Shown here: positions 1 through 13,559 of the stretch, in pieces
How positions within the stretch are numbered: the first letter of the stretch is position 1
Layout: the number at the start of each line of letters is the position of its first letter
Assembly: GCF_018977255.1 (NCBI RefSeq)
Contig: NW_024704742.1
Coordinates: forward strand, 51,586,001 to 51,650,000
DNA length: 64,000 nucleotides
Direction: 5' to 3'
Origin: Callorhinchus milii
Taxonomy: Eukaryota
Notes under the pieces: model-generated
Told to the model about the DNA's origin: nothing
What the model saw: only the letters and a program-made list of their open reading frames with translations
Databases searched by the model: none
Translations under genes and position numbers: made by a program

Positions 1-476
1 ATAACTCATCATATTCCTATTATCACCCTCATGTCACCTTGCCATAAGCAGCAGAGAATAATAATAATAATTCTTGCAATCAAGGTCAGGAAGATGCTTC
101 AAAGTGCTTGACAAGATGTACAGTAAAATGTAGTGACTGCATTTTGCAGACAAGATCCAGGCTGACAGTCAATCTGCTCCAATAAGTAAATAAAATGAAA
201 AGTTTTAATTAATTGATATAAATCATGTTAATTAATTTGTACTTAAAAAAAATAAATGCAATAAACCCAATGCTAATTCTGCCATATAGTCAGTCACTAC
301 AAGATGCAGGTAGCTCCCAGGATCCCGGCAATTCCACCATTTCATATGAAATAACACCTTGCCATTTGGAAGAACAAATGCACAAAGTAAACTCTTAGAA
401 CCCACCCCTATTATTGACACCACTGACAAAAAAAAACAATATGAAATAACAATGTCCTACATATAGTGTACATTTC

Positions 477-940
477 TTTTTTTGTGAGCTTTTGTGTCTG
501 ACACATATAGAAACCCATCACTGTGTTTAAGAGTATCCAATCCACATAGAATTACACACATCCCACCTACACATGGAAATTTCAGAGATGTTTATTGGAA
601 TGGAATGCACACACTCTTCCTGTAGGGAGGTATCCTGGTTACCTAATTCCAGAAAGTATTAAGACACAGGTTGGCAAGAGCCAAGTGTTGGGGCTCCCAG
701 GATGTGTTTTGGGGTACTGCTGGAGTCTCACTAGCTAAAACCCATAGCTTGCCATTGAGACCATTGTCTGGCAAGACTTCCTGCTGCTTGTCCAGCTAGG
801 ACCACCCTACCTGTTACGACTTTGGCTTGCAGGGTTAACAGGAGCTGAGTGGGTTGACTCCCTACCCCCAATGATTGGTTTGACCTTCCAGGTCCTGCCG
901 ATATGCTGGCTGTGCTGTGATCAGCAGTGCCTTGGAATAC
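477..940 (-). mobile_element. Unclassified poly(A)-ended interspersed repeat (family X), copy 1
   Basis: Reverse complement aligns by eye with 46177-46632 and 19530-19975; T-run at 477-483. Confidence 0.8.
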
Positions 941-2217
941 TGCGGACCCATGCGGTTCAAGAACCGGACTACCAAGACTGCCACAGAGGGTGGATTTGAT
1001 TATATTTTTTCTATTTAAAGAATAATGATCACATGGGAGAGATGTCAAAGCACTAATCTCATTTTGATTTTATCTGAGCCTCACAATGAGATTTATCTTC
1101 TTGTAATTACTGCCAGGTATCCATTATTAAATTTTTTCATTTGCTTCAGGCAATATATTAGAATAAATTGATTGAAGTAGTCTGGATATGTCTGAGTGGA
1201 ATAACAACTCAAAGTGCAACTATTTTGAAAAGAGAAGGTGGTTTCTCCCTGCATGGTTGTTTGTGGCTGCCGCATTTTCCAACGATACCTGACAGGAATT
1301 ACCTAGGAAGCATTTCAATGTAATAAAATGCATTAAAAGTGCATTAAAAAAAGCTTTATTTGTTCTCTCCTATTTTTTCTGCCTCTCTATTTTTCTTTTT
1401 TGGCCATTTTCCAAGTGAATAATTCAGAACTTGTAACTGGAAATATTTGACAGTTCACTTGTGTTTGTGAGTTACTTTATCTCACAGTCACATTAGGAAT
1501 AAAGCTCAAGACTGCACTAATGAGGATGTTGGGAATGAGCAGAACTCTCAATTGTCTCAGAACATTATATTCAATTGTAAGCACCAACCCTAGGAGCACC
1601 TCCTTTCCCTTCATCATTCCCCTTCCCACACAACAAAGTGCTTAGCAAAAAATTGATTTGCCAAAATTCATATCTTCAGTCTCACAAGAGGGAACTCAAA
1701 CAGTGAGCTCTTATTTTTTTCTTGATGAAAAGATTGCTTGAAATAAAAATCCAATTTATTTTCTTTTTGTTCTTTCCCTTCCATAATATTTATAATTTTA
1801 TGCTGGCACAAGATGACTTTACCAAACAGAATGAATATTTTAAAAGCAATTGGGTGCAGTCTAGATTGTGGTTCAGAATAATCAACTTGAATCTGCACAG
1901 CATACCTTTAATCATGGAGGACTAGTTTGATCTCAATGGTTCATTGCAAAGCACAATTTAATATGTCTATTAAATATGGTGACTTTGTAGGAAAAAATAC
2001 TGTAAAAAATGTACATTATAATGAATACAGTACTTAAAAGGTTCCTCTAAAATGCAAACAATTATTGCCTTCATTTGTCAGATTTTATAGAAATTCTGTA
2101 AATAGACTACCACAGAATATGATGCAGAAACTACCGGTGATTGTTCCTAAGCCTATTCTGATCTACACCAGTATATATATTGGTCCTATGATGCATAATG
2201 CAAGATGACAAGAGAGG

Positions 2218-2950
2218 TTGTGTATGCATAGAGTATGTATGGAAAATGAAAAGCACCTGGGGATCCTGATTGATAATAAATTTAAACTATCACAAATGTA
2301 CTGGGTAGCAGTGAGTAAAACAAACCAGATGCTGGGCTGTATTAAAAGGGCAATATTGAACCGAAATAGTGGGGTAATCTTGCCACTTTATAAATCATTG
2401 GTGCGACCCCATTTGGAATGCTGTGTGCAGTTCTGGTCGCCACAGTACAAAAAGAATATTGCAGCGATTGAGAGGATTCAGAGAAGGGCAACCAAAATGA
2501 TTGAGGGGATGGAGGGACTGGACTACGAGGAAAGATTAGATAAACTGGGCTTGTTCACACTGGAGAAGAGAAGATTGATGGCCGATGTAATTATGGTCTT
2601 TAAGACTCTAAAAGGACTGGATAATGTAGACCATGATAAGCTGTTTTATCTTGTCCAGAACAAAGAACCATGGACTGCGATTGAACAGAGGTAAATTCCA
2701 AATAAATCTACCAAACACTATTTCTGTAACCAAGCAGTAAATGTGTGGAACAGGCTCCCGAAGGAGATGGTGGAAGAAGAAAATATTGATTCTTTCAAAA
2801 GGGAATTAAATAGATTTCTTTTAGGAAATAGTGTCTTGGGATACATTATATAGTTTGAGACATGACATGTGCATGCTACTGCTAGGATGGTGGAAGGCGA
2901 ACTGGATGGACCTTGGTTTTCTTTTGTCTAACAGTTCTCATTTTCTAGGT
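2218..2950 (+). mobile_element. CR1 LINE 3' fragment (ORF2 C-terminus and 3'UTR)
   Basis: ORF LYKSLVRPHLECCVQFWSP...QRRATKMI...LFTLEKRRL is typical of CR1 ORF2. Confidence 0.93.
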
Positions 2951-5858
2951 TCAAATGAAGAAGCTTTTCAAACCATTTGATCTCATTCTTCTAGAATGAT
3001 AAATCTATTTCATTCCTATTACAATGCCAAGCTGTTTCTTAAATGAGTCCGGTTCCCTAGCCCTTATATTGGCTGCTGCATTCACCAACAAAATTCACAG
3101 TGAATCCACTTTACAGTATATCCTATGAAGTGCTATGAGATGTCTCGACAACATGATAAGGCACTATATCTAATGCAAAATTATAGTTATTTTTTATTTG
3201 TTTCCTGACCAATAGGGCGAGGAGGCAGTGGACTCACAGGCCTCTTTGAATGCTGCTTTGCTGGGAACAGCTTCAGTCCCCAATTCACATCAGGAATTCC
3301 TAGGGTAGGCGAAATTGCACATAGACCCAGATTTCTTCAAAATAACCATTAATGTTGCAAGGTACACTTTAAGATTCTATAACTGCTGTGTGCAATTGGC
3401 CTGCCATGTTTTACCCACAAAATTCACAGTATTTCTGTGAATCGCTTTGAGATATCTCAATGACGTAATAAGGCGCTATATCAAATGCAAGAATTATTAT
3501 TATTTCTAACTCTAGAACTGAAAAAGGCACTCAAATAAGGCACTGAAAGGTTACCCTTTAGACCCCACTAAACTCCGTGACTTTCTGCGTAATCAGCAAA
3601 CGTTATACAATACATAGTACCAAAGTTAAATTTAGCACCAAATGGAATTTCTTGACCCCCAGTGTTTAAGTTTTAAGGAAAGCACAACTCAAATATACAA
3701 CAGACCTAGGACAACCAATATTATCTGGGCTGAAAAAACCTAAGCAAACTCTACATAGAGTTGAATCAAGTGTGCTTTCAAGTAACTAAGGTGCATACAA
3801 ATTCCAGTATGTGTAGCTCAGCATGTTCCAATGTTTTGCATCTCAATGCACAATAAATAATTAATGTGTAACCTAGATGAGTGCAAATCCCTGCTTCACA
3901 GAGCTGCCTCAAACTAATATGCAAATGGTAGCTGTCTAGCTTTCTACTTTTCTACCCCATTGCAGTCTTTATGCATTTCCAGCCTCTCTCTTGCCAATAC
4001 AACACATAATAATAATTCTAGCATTTCATATAGTGCCTTATCACATCTTCGAAACATCTCAAACCACTTCACATAATATACTGTAAAGTGAACTAACTTT
4101 AAATAATAATAATTCTTGCATTGATATATCACATCACATTCGAAGGATATCTCAAAGTGCTTCATAGGATAGCTGTAAAGTGATCATGACTGTCAATTTT
4201 TCGTAGGAAAATGTGACCGGCAATTTGCATGAAGTGTGTGACCAATTTTATTTGGGGAAATGTTGGCCGGGACTGGGGAATTTTCTGGATGGGGCTGTTC
4301 ATTTCAAGAGGAAAGTAAGGTATATGAAACAGAGGCATGAAGGGATATGGGGATAAGGCAGGGCAGTAGCGATTGAATGAACACCTTGTTCTGAGAATCG
4401 GTGTAGGTTTGATGAATCAAATGGCCTCTATCTGAGCTGTAAGTTTCTATGATTCTGGGATAGCGCTGTCCAACCCAAATTGACAAGTGGTCATAGGTAT
4501 GGCCACTGACAGACAGAAATGTACACTCTATAATAAAAAAGTACTTGGCACATATACAATATACGCAGAACATCGTACTAATATACATTTTGCACATTTT
4601 GATGCACTACATATGCTTTAGCACTGCAAATTAACATCAATAAGTTTTTCTATTGAACAATTAATTTTTAGTAAAAAAATTTTACCTCCAACAACCAACT
4701 GAAATAGTAATACTGTACTATACGTCTACTTATGTGCATTCTTTTTCCTTTCTGCTGCAGCTTCTGTTTCAAACCCTTGTGGTTCATTAGTCAAAATGGC
4801 ACATTGTTTATCCTTGCTTCTTAGCGTAGGTAAGTCCTCACGATAACCTTGAGTTTGTTTCACAATTGTAAGAGAACTGAGCAAGCATTATTGCCACATT
4901 TACTTTCGCAACAGGGGTGTTCTTGTCGTTCCACATTACTTGCACCCAAACCATTACCAGTCCTGATATATAAGGTCTGGGATGCCACTCGCTTGAAGAG
5001 CACTATACTGTATAAATTTGAGATGTCTCAACAATATGAAAAGGCGCTGTATCAAATGCAAGGATTATTATTATTAAATGCATTTGATGTTGCTATTGTT
5101 ATTTAATATCTGTTGCAAAATTCGTCCATCATTAAATTGTGCATAGCAATAGGGTTTCTCAGCCCATTTCAGTTATTGTATTCAAATCCATAATGGCTAG
5201 AATCAGGGGACCAATTGGAAGCTGAAAACACATTCATTTATCTTATTTGTTTGTTTGTTTACTGAAGGTTCGGTCAAAGAGGAAGGTCTTGAGATAGACC
5301 TTGAAGGAGGCAAGGGAAGGGGCATGGCAAAGGGACTCCAGGATAATGTTCCAGAAAATTGGGTTCAGATGGGCTGAAAACCTAACCGCTGATGATGGGG
5401 CAGACAGGGCAGGGAACGTGAAACCTATTATTGAGGTTAAGACATTATTATTAAGATCTTAGCTGTATATTGTAGAAAATAAAATAATGAAATCCCAAAA
5501 GTTTTCAACACACATCACTCTCCGGATTTCATTCTTTCATGACTAGGAACCAGCGCTTGTAGCATGTGACACAAGTTGACACTCTGGAGATCCCCTGCCA
5601 TCTCCGTATCGTGCTCTCCCCAAGCAAAGGTTAAGCAAAGCAGAGCTCTCTGCATATTTGGAGCTTTGCTAAACCTCATCTGAATGCTGGTTAATGTTTA
5701 ATGATAGCAAACAACACCTAGGAACATGTGCAAAGCTCCCCACAGCCTCTGGCAACTGCAAATTTGGAACAAAAATATAAACGCTGCTCCAAATCACTTT
5801 CCTTTGGGAAACGATAACATATCACACCAGCAACATATTTCCAGCCTTGAATACATTA

Positions 5859-6110
5859 GTCCTGTAGCTCAGTGGTTAGAACACCCGCCTCACAAGCGAT
5901 TCGATTCAGAGTGAAACCTTGGGCAAGTTTCCTTACTTCACATGCCTGATAATAATCCCTTCTCAAGAAAATCCACGACTGTTTGTGGGACACTGCTGTC
6001 GCCCACAAAATGTACAGTCAATTCAGTTTACAGTATATTCTGTTAAGCACTTTGGGACATCTAGAAGACATGAAAAGGCACTATATCAAATGCAAGGATT
6101 ATTATTATTA
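5859..6110 (+). mobile_element. tRNA-headed SINE with L2-like tail
   Basis: A-box gtagctcagtggttaga, ccttgggcaagt core, (TTA)n tail. Confidence 0.88.
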
Positions 6111-6993
6111 GTGAAACCAAGCTTGAAATATTAAAATCAGTTCTTGTCACCATACAACTAAAGCAGCACAGATACATTACAAAACTGGAAGGAAGTGAGC
6201 ACCTATGATTCTTGGATTCATATCACTACATTGAAGACATGCTAAAATAGAACATGATATTTTCTGTGGAAAAATAAAAACTGAAAGTTACCACATATCG
6301 CTATTGATGCCGGAGCAATAGTATCATTCCAAGGGAACTGTAGAAATATCTGGGAAGTAAAAACATTAAAGCATATGAGGCAAGAGCTGGAAAGTAGAAT
6401 TAATATAAAAAGACTACAGTGCAACTCATTGGAACACGGTTGTTTGTTTGCAATCCATAAAAAAATCACTCAAACTACAAAGAGGTGCGGAAGTCTTTTT
6501 CAATGTGCATGCAAGCAGTCAGCCACTTGACTTCTGGGTCATCAGGTTACCAATTAGTTCATTTCTTGGATAGATGCAAAGCAGGATGTGATCCGTAACA
6601 GCCGCACTCAGAAGATAGCCTTTTTTTTTAAACACAGGAAGCTAATATGTCCAACGTCTTGGGTCATTAGGTCGGCATCAATGCACATGTACAACATGCA
6701 GGAAGTGATGGCAGTGGTGATTTAAGGACCCGGAAGTCAGTCATTCAGGTGAAATCTGGCCGGCACACAATATGCAGGGTTCACATTCCAACCATGTTTT
6801 AATCTAAGTTGCTCTCTAAAGAATTGTGTGGTAATAATGCATCTGCATTGTACTTAAAAACAGAGGCAGCAACGGCAAAGACACAATGCGCTGAAAGGCT
6901 ACTTCTGAGCTACTTCACAGAATATACTGTAAAGTGAATCAAATGTATATTTTGTGGGCGAAATGCCGAATAAACAATACTTGCATTTAATAT

Positions 6994-7352
6994 AGTGGTT
7001 AGAGCATTTGCCTCGCAAGTGAGCGACCTGGGTTTGATTCCCGGCAGGGCGAAACCCTTGGCAAATTTCCTTACTCCACACGCCTGATGATAATCCCTCA
7101 AGAAAAAAACAATAATAAATTGGTCACTTCAATCTACTACTGTTTGTGGGACACTGTGGATGCCATGTTTTGCCCACAAATATAGAGTCAACTCACTTTA
7201 CAGTGTATTCTGTGAAGCGCTTTGGGACATCCACCCGACGTGAAAAGCGCTATATCAAATGCAAGGATTATTATTATTATTATTCTGCGAAGCACTTTGA
7301 GACATCTAGAAGTGAAAAGCGCTATATCAAATGCAAGAATTATTATTATTAT
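6994..7352 (+). mobile_element. tRNA-headed SINE with a duplicated 3' tail
   Basis: Same family; the tail aaaagcgctatatcaaatgcaag occurs twice. Confidence 0.88.
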
Positions 7353-7699
7353 TTCTTTTTGTCCTGAAAAAAAGTTTCCATATCAATTAACTTTGATCAA
7401 AATAGGAAAATAAACTTAAATTTAGCAGATTCTTAATAATAATAATAATCCTTGCATTTGATATAGTGTCTTATCACATCTTCGAGACGTCGCAAAGCAC
7501 TTCACAGAATATTCTGTAAAGTGAATTAACTGTATATTTTGTGGGCAAAATGCCGAATAAATAATACTTGCATTTAAGATAGTGGCTATAGAGGCAAAAC
7601 ATCTCAGAATTTCTCAGGGAATTGCTGTAAACTGTATCTATTTGTAGGTAAACATGGCAGATACTTTGCAAACAGCAAGATCCCGTGGAGACCAGTAGC

Positions 7700-7925
7700 A
7701 CACTGGTTAGTGTGCTCACCTCACAAGCAACAGGATCAGGTATGATTCCCGGGTGGGCAAAACGTATTAGTCAAGTTTTTTTTACTCCAAATGCCTCTGT
7801 TTACCTAGAAGTAAGTAGGAAACTAGTTGATAGTTGATTGGGGGATTGCTTTCCAGGGGGTAATAATCCCTCAAAAAAAAATTGGTGACTCAATCCATGA
7901 CTGTTTGTGGGACAGCGCTGTGCAT
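7700..7925 (+). mobile_element. Long variant of the tRNA-headed SINE (3'-truncated)
   Basis: Contains gcctctgtttacctag.agtaagtagg, shared with 49195-49549. Confidence 0.7.
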
Positions 7926-8527
7926 GACATCATTTTCATTATCCATTGCCTCAAATATATATATTCTCTTAAATACCAATATCTCAAACTTGCAGACTAA
8001 ATCTAACAAACCAAACTCAGTCAACAGGACTTAATTTATTTGGCATACAAATTAGCAGCGGGGATGAGGAATTATTCACTGCTTTACAGTTGTTCTTACT
8101 ACTTTGATCCTTTAGTTTGCATCTTTAAAGTGACTGATGTTATTCCAAATAGCCTGAAAGGCTTCATACTTCAGTCTTAATTCAATGCAGCGCATTGTTC
8201 TGTTGTCTCAACGAATCTGAACAATCCTGAGGCAACATTATCTTTGTTTTCAAAGATAGTCCACTATTAGAACTGCTAAGGTTAGCTTGAATGAAAAGAG
8301 ACGGTTTGTCTTCCTCAATCACTCGATCCTTTTGGTTCCATTTCAAAACAATCTCTTGAAGTTCTGAAAATCCTCTTTTCCATCACTCCTCGGCCCTGAT
8401 GTTTCAGGTTTTAGCTCTCTTAAAGAGAAAACTGACTGCATTGCTTCACTGTTATAATCTAACTCTAATCTTGATGACCCTGGTAAAGAATCTCCCTCCA
8501 TTGCTCTATTCTGTTCCACCACAATCA

Positions 8528-8780
8528 GTGTGTCAGCCTGGCTCAGTTGGTATCACTTGTGCCTGAGGAAGAAAGTTGTGGGGTCAAGCACCATATCATG
8601 ACTTTGGACTCACATAGCCTTGACTAGCATTCCAATGCAGTGCTGGGGTAAGTATTGTATTGTCAAAATGCCATTTTTCAACTGATGATTTGTCTGCCTG
8701 TTCAGGTACATATTAAATACTCTGTGGCACTATTCAAAAAGAGAAAGGAGTTTTCTCCCGATGTTCTGGCAGGTATTTGA
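8528..8780 (+). mobile_element. Old Deu-domain SINE (SacSINE1/AmnSINE1-like)
   Basis: Head gtgtcagcctggctcagttggta and central tctgcctgttcagg...tggcactatt blocks; similar to 35739-36170. Confidence 0.7.
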
Positions 8781-8859
8781 ATAAAAATGTGAAGAGCACC
8801 ATAAAGATTACCTTTCATCTGGTAGATGAAATTCCTATTTCCAAGTAGGTGGAAATATC

Positions 8860-9620
8860 ATAAGATTAATTCAGATGAAGAAGGCTCTTCGGCCCATCTG
8901 ATCTCAATTTAGCGGAATGCCTACCCTTTCATTCTCCCATCAGAGCATCAATCTATTTTTTAAAGGAATCCAAGTGTTATGATATCAGTACCCTCACGAG
9001 CAATGTCTTCCAGTCGTTAATCACTTCTGGTTAAAGAAAAACTTCCTGGTATCTTTCTGAATATTGTACTTTACAACTCCACACCTATGTCTCTTGTTCT
9101 ATTGTGTTGGTGCATTCAAAAGTTTTGTTCTGTGTGCAATTGGCTACTGTGTACCACTTACAAAATACACAGTCAATCCACTCTATCAATCCACTCTACT
9201 GAATATCCTATTAAGTGCTTTGAGACATCTCAACGATGCGATAAGGTGCTGTATCAAATGCACGTATTATTATTATTGTTCTGGGTTCACTTTTTCAATT
9301 CCGTTTAAAATTTTACACACCTCTTTGAGTCGTCTTCTCTCAAGACTATAGACCCCTAACTTGTCTAATCTTTGCCCATAACTCATTCTTCTATTACTGG
9401 GGATCATCCTCGTTGCTCTCCTCTGTATTGCCTTTATGGGTTGGGCAGCCCCCAAAATCACGGTGACAATAACTGTATGTATGTGGGGCTGGAGCACTGT
9501 ATAACTTGAGTATGACATTTGGGGATTTAAACTCAACTGACTTAGCAATAGGGCCCAGCATCCTTTTTGTCTTTTTTATTGCTACGCACATTGTGTTGAC
9601 ATAGTGAGTGATGATCTTCG
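8860..9620 (-). mobile_element. Decayed CR1 3' fragment interrupted by a plus-strand SINE tail (about 9130-9277)
   Basis: ORF AIQRRATRMIP...LGVYSLERRRL. Confidence 0.8.
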
Positions 9621-10724
9621 CTTACAAATAATCACTACATTTTACAGTAAATTGTGTGGTGTGTTTTAACGACGTGATGTGACACTACATCAAATGCAAG
9701 AATTATTGTTTTAATGTTCAGTCAAAGTTTAACCTCACCAATAAGAACATTTGGTTAAAGATCTTGCATTTTTTTAAATTTATATGTTTAGAACAGTGAA
9801 CACGAATAATTGCATGCGAATTCCCTAACAGCAATTATTTTGTCGCATGAGAAAACCTGCATGAGGATTAATTCCTCATTTAGGAAGAATATGGATATTA
9901 ACTTTTCAAATAATGGCTTTCCATCTGGGCATCTTCTGCTAGCCATTAAACAATCATTACCTTATATGCATAATTTAGGAGTTGGGTCATACATCTGAAA
10001 ACCTCTAACATGGAAAACAAATAGCATTGTAGATTTCACAATCATTCAGCTGCTAGTATGTGTTACATGTAGTGGAAAGAATCTACTCACTGCCTTACTA
10101 TAAACACAACAGTGCTGGGATAGGGAGGGGGTGTCTTTGACATTCCAAAAAACGTTTTTGTCTCGCAACAAATTTCTCTCAGTGATTACCAGATGAAACA
10201 CCCACTAGAACAAACAAAGCATTCTTCTAAATTTCAACATGAATTGAAAGCATTTAGTATATACAATTATGTAATGGTAATTATGATTCCGTTGAGCAGT
10301 GAAGATCCAATTTACTTCAACAGATTGTGTGTCTTGGCACCAGTCATATAAACTGTAGCAATCCCAGTCAGGACCACTGACATGGATTGAGTTGTCTTGT
10401 CTCAACCAGGGTCCCAGAAAGGGCATTACACTTGTCCTCAGCATCTCAAGATAAAGGTGCAAAAAAAAATACGTACAATGGAGTTTCTGTTCTTCAGCAT
10501 AACATAAAGTATACATGTCAATGATTTTTGCTGGAAATATGGATACGTTTGTGCTGGGTAGCTGAGGGCAGAATCAGGCTCCTCTGACAAGGTTCACACA
10601 GTGTCTCATAGATTCTGAGAAGTTTGGCATACTCTATATTCTGTATGCTGAAAGCTCTTGATGCCATGATGTGTTGCATGCACTTTTGGATTTATACTTG
10701 TTCAACGTAATGTAATTGTCCTTT

Positions 10725-11041
10725 ATAATAATAATAATAATAATCCTTGCATTTGATATAGCGCTTTTCACGTCGGGAGGACGTCCTAAAGCGCTTCACA
10801 GAACACACTGTAAAGTGAATTGACTGTATATTTGTGGGCGAACGCGGCAGCCAATTGTGCACATCAATGTCCCACAAACAGTCGTAGATTGAAAATGACT
10901 AATTTATTATTGTTTTTGGAGGGATTATTATTAGGCTCTGTGTGGAGTAAGGAAACTTGCCCAAGGTTTCGCCCTGTGCCTGGAATTGAACTCAGGTCTC
11001 TCACTTGCAAAGCGAGCGCTCTAACCACTGAGCTACAGGAC
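10725..11041 (-). mobile_element. Full-length young tRNA-headed SINE
   Basis: Near-identical to 59767-60060 and 34602-34907; long (TTA)n tail. Confidence 0.93.
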
Positions 11042-11129
11042 TCCACTTTCAATTCTGATTAAAATAAAACACATTCATTCAAGAAGTTTAAAGCAATACT
11101 GCCACTGTCATGGGTCAACTTGGTTCTAA

Positions 11130-11524
11130 GATTCCATTGCCAGGCATTTCACTTTGGAGCAGTGGAGCCAAGTGAGCATGGGAGAGCTAGGCTCACAGCG
11201 CCTGACACAAGAGACCCCATGGGCTGCAGAGTCCTGGAATGGTCGGTGTCTTGTGTAGGGCAGGTCGGACGGGAGACAAGGAGCAGTCCGGAGTCTGCTG
11301 AATGGAGGGAGTGGACAGGTTGATGGGGGTCAGCAGGTCAGAGAGGTAGGAGGGGACAAGGCCGTGGAGGATCTTGAAAGTGAGGACGAAGATTTTGAAT
11401 TCTATCCTCTGAGGGATGTGGAGCCGGGCGAGGGTGGGGGTGATGGGGTCACGGAGCCTGGTATGGGAGAGGACACGAGCTGCATGATCTGCAGCTTGTG
11501 AAGGGAAGAGTTAGGGAGGCCCAT
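11130..11524 (-). mobile_element. L2 LINE 3' ORF2 fragment
   Basis: Similar to 39780-39990 (gaggacgaagattttgaattctatcctctg). Confidence 0.7.
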
Positions 11525-12400
11525 CGAGTTTGTGCCAGCTCTTTGAATAGAGCAATGTCACATCAATTCCACTCCCCAGCCCTTTCCCCATAACCCTGCA
11601 AAGCCGTCCTCCTCAAATACCCGTCCACCGCGTTTTTAAAAGTAGTTATCGAATCGGCCTCCACCACCCTTTCAGGCAATGCGTTCCAGATTCGAACAAC
11701 TCGCTGTGTGAAAAAATTCCTTCTCACCTCCCGTCAGCTTCTTTTAGAGACTATTTTGAATTTGTGACCTCGAGTCACCGACACACCCACCAGTGGAAAC
11801 AGTTTTTCCCTTTCTAACCTATCAAATCCCCTCATGATTTTGAAGACCTCTATTAGGTCTCCTCGTAACCTTCTCTGCTCCATTGAGAATAATCCTACTC
11901 TCTCTAGCCTTTCCTCATAATCAAGGTCCCTCATTCCTCATAAATCTCCTCTGCACCTTTTTCAATGCCTTAACATCCTTCCTATAGTGTGGTGCCCAGA
12001 ACTGGGCGCAGTATTCTAACCGAGGCCTAACCAGTGTTTTATATAGGTTAATCATAACCTCCTGACTCTTGTACTCTATGTCCCTATTTATAAAGCCTAG
12101 TATCCCATATGGCCTTTTTACAGCTTTATCTACCTGTCCTGCCACCTTCAAGGATTCATTTACCTGCTCCCCCAAGTCTCTCTGTTCTTTTACCCCCTTT
12201 AAGATTGTATTACCAGCCTACATTGTCTCCCCTTATTCTTGCTACCAAAATGCATTACCTCACATTTCTCCACATTGAAATTCATCTGCCATGTGTCTGC
12301 CCATTTTACCATTCTGTCTATGTCTTCCTGCAGTTGGTTACTATCCTTCTCACTGTTTACTATCCTACCTAACTTTGTGTCGTCTGCAAACGTGAAAATC
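11525..12400 (-). mobile_element. CR1 LINE 3' fragment (RT C-terminal part)
   Basis: ORFs FADDTKLG...WQMNFNVEKC, LYKTLVRPRLEYCAQFW and RRLRGDLIEVFKIM. Confidence 0.95.
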
Positions 12401-12973
12401 CTGTGAAGCATTGTAATGGCATCCCAACATGAAAGCCATTATATCAAGTGCAATGATTATTACTGTGGACAATTCAGGCAGGAAAAATCAGTGTGGATTT
12501 TGGGTGATATTCAGTGTCAGGCTTGTCCTCAACTGTGATGTTGGTCATGTGGTCAAATAACCTGCTAACACTCAGTGACAAGACTCACAGAGGAATAACA
12601 GTCACTTTGATGCCCAATTGGAGGGTCTGGTGGAGCCTTATCCCAGTAGAAGAAAGAAATATCAATGCCTTCATGTGGGGAGAAATTGGAGGAGAAAATC
12701 TAGCAGAAGCAAACAAACTCTTTGAACCAAACTTGTATTGATGGTGATTAGATAATGTTCTACAGTAAGGGAGAATATAGTAAATAGACAACATGGCAAT
12801 GAAATTAGGCTTCCAAGGGAGATAGATATCATAGGGTCTGAGAAGAAACACTACCATCTGTAACTCTATAAACTTCAAAATATCCAGTCGCTCCACTTTA
12901 CAATAGATCCTGTGAAGTGTCTTGAGACATCTTTCCGACATGAAAGGCCCTGCCAAATGTAAGGATTATTAAA

Positions 12974-13102
12974 CAAAACACAAAATACTGCAGATGCTGG
13001 AATCTGATACAAAAACAGAGAGAGCTGGGAAAACTCAGCAGGTCAGGCAGCATCTATGGAGAAAGGAAAGTGAGTCAAAGTTTCGGGTCTGACGAAGGTT
13101 CG
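12974..13102. mobile_element. Penelope-like-element-derived palindromic repeat remnant
   Basis: aaatactgcagatgctggaatctg...ctcagcaggtcaggcagcatctatggag...gtttcgggtctgacgaagg; same family as 24716-24883. Confidence 0.6.
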
Positions 13103-13559
13103 TGTATCCCATATGCCCTTTTTACAGCTTAAAGTATTAAAAATAAATGGTCGGTGATTGACCAAGTCATCGAGGATGACAATGTTGATTGGATCAAAGA
13201 ATCCGTGCAAATATAACGCACAGATCAAACACACAGAAAGGAAACATTTAAATGCTATTGATTTACCTTTTACAGTAATCTGCATTTAACAATTGATTTT
13301 AATCTTCAGTTTATGTCAGCTTCATCTTAAACTTCAGTTTTATATAAGACTCATTAGTAGGACTAAGTTTGGTAGTCCAATCCTATTTTTGTTAACAAAC
13401 AGATAATAGTGCCATTAACTTAATTGATTTATATCCTTCAGTACCTTGCCATAACTAATTGCTTGTCAATTGGATTCAGCACTCCTAAATGAAGACTGCA
13501 TTTGTGGAGACACAAAATACTTTGTTGTACACTATTCTTTTGGATTAAACTTGCAGTGG

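Noticed and set aside
1093..1290. Minus-strand 60-aa ORF with a possible AG acceptor and GT donor
   Set aside because: No recognisable protein, a weak polypyrimidine tract and no partner exons found.
10692..11062. Recurrent small ORFs such as ...KRYIKCKDYYYY and MTVYLWANAAANC...
   Set aside because: Translations of SINE copies, not a gene family.
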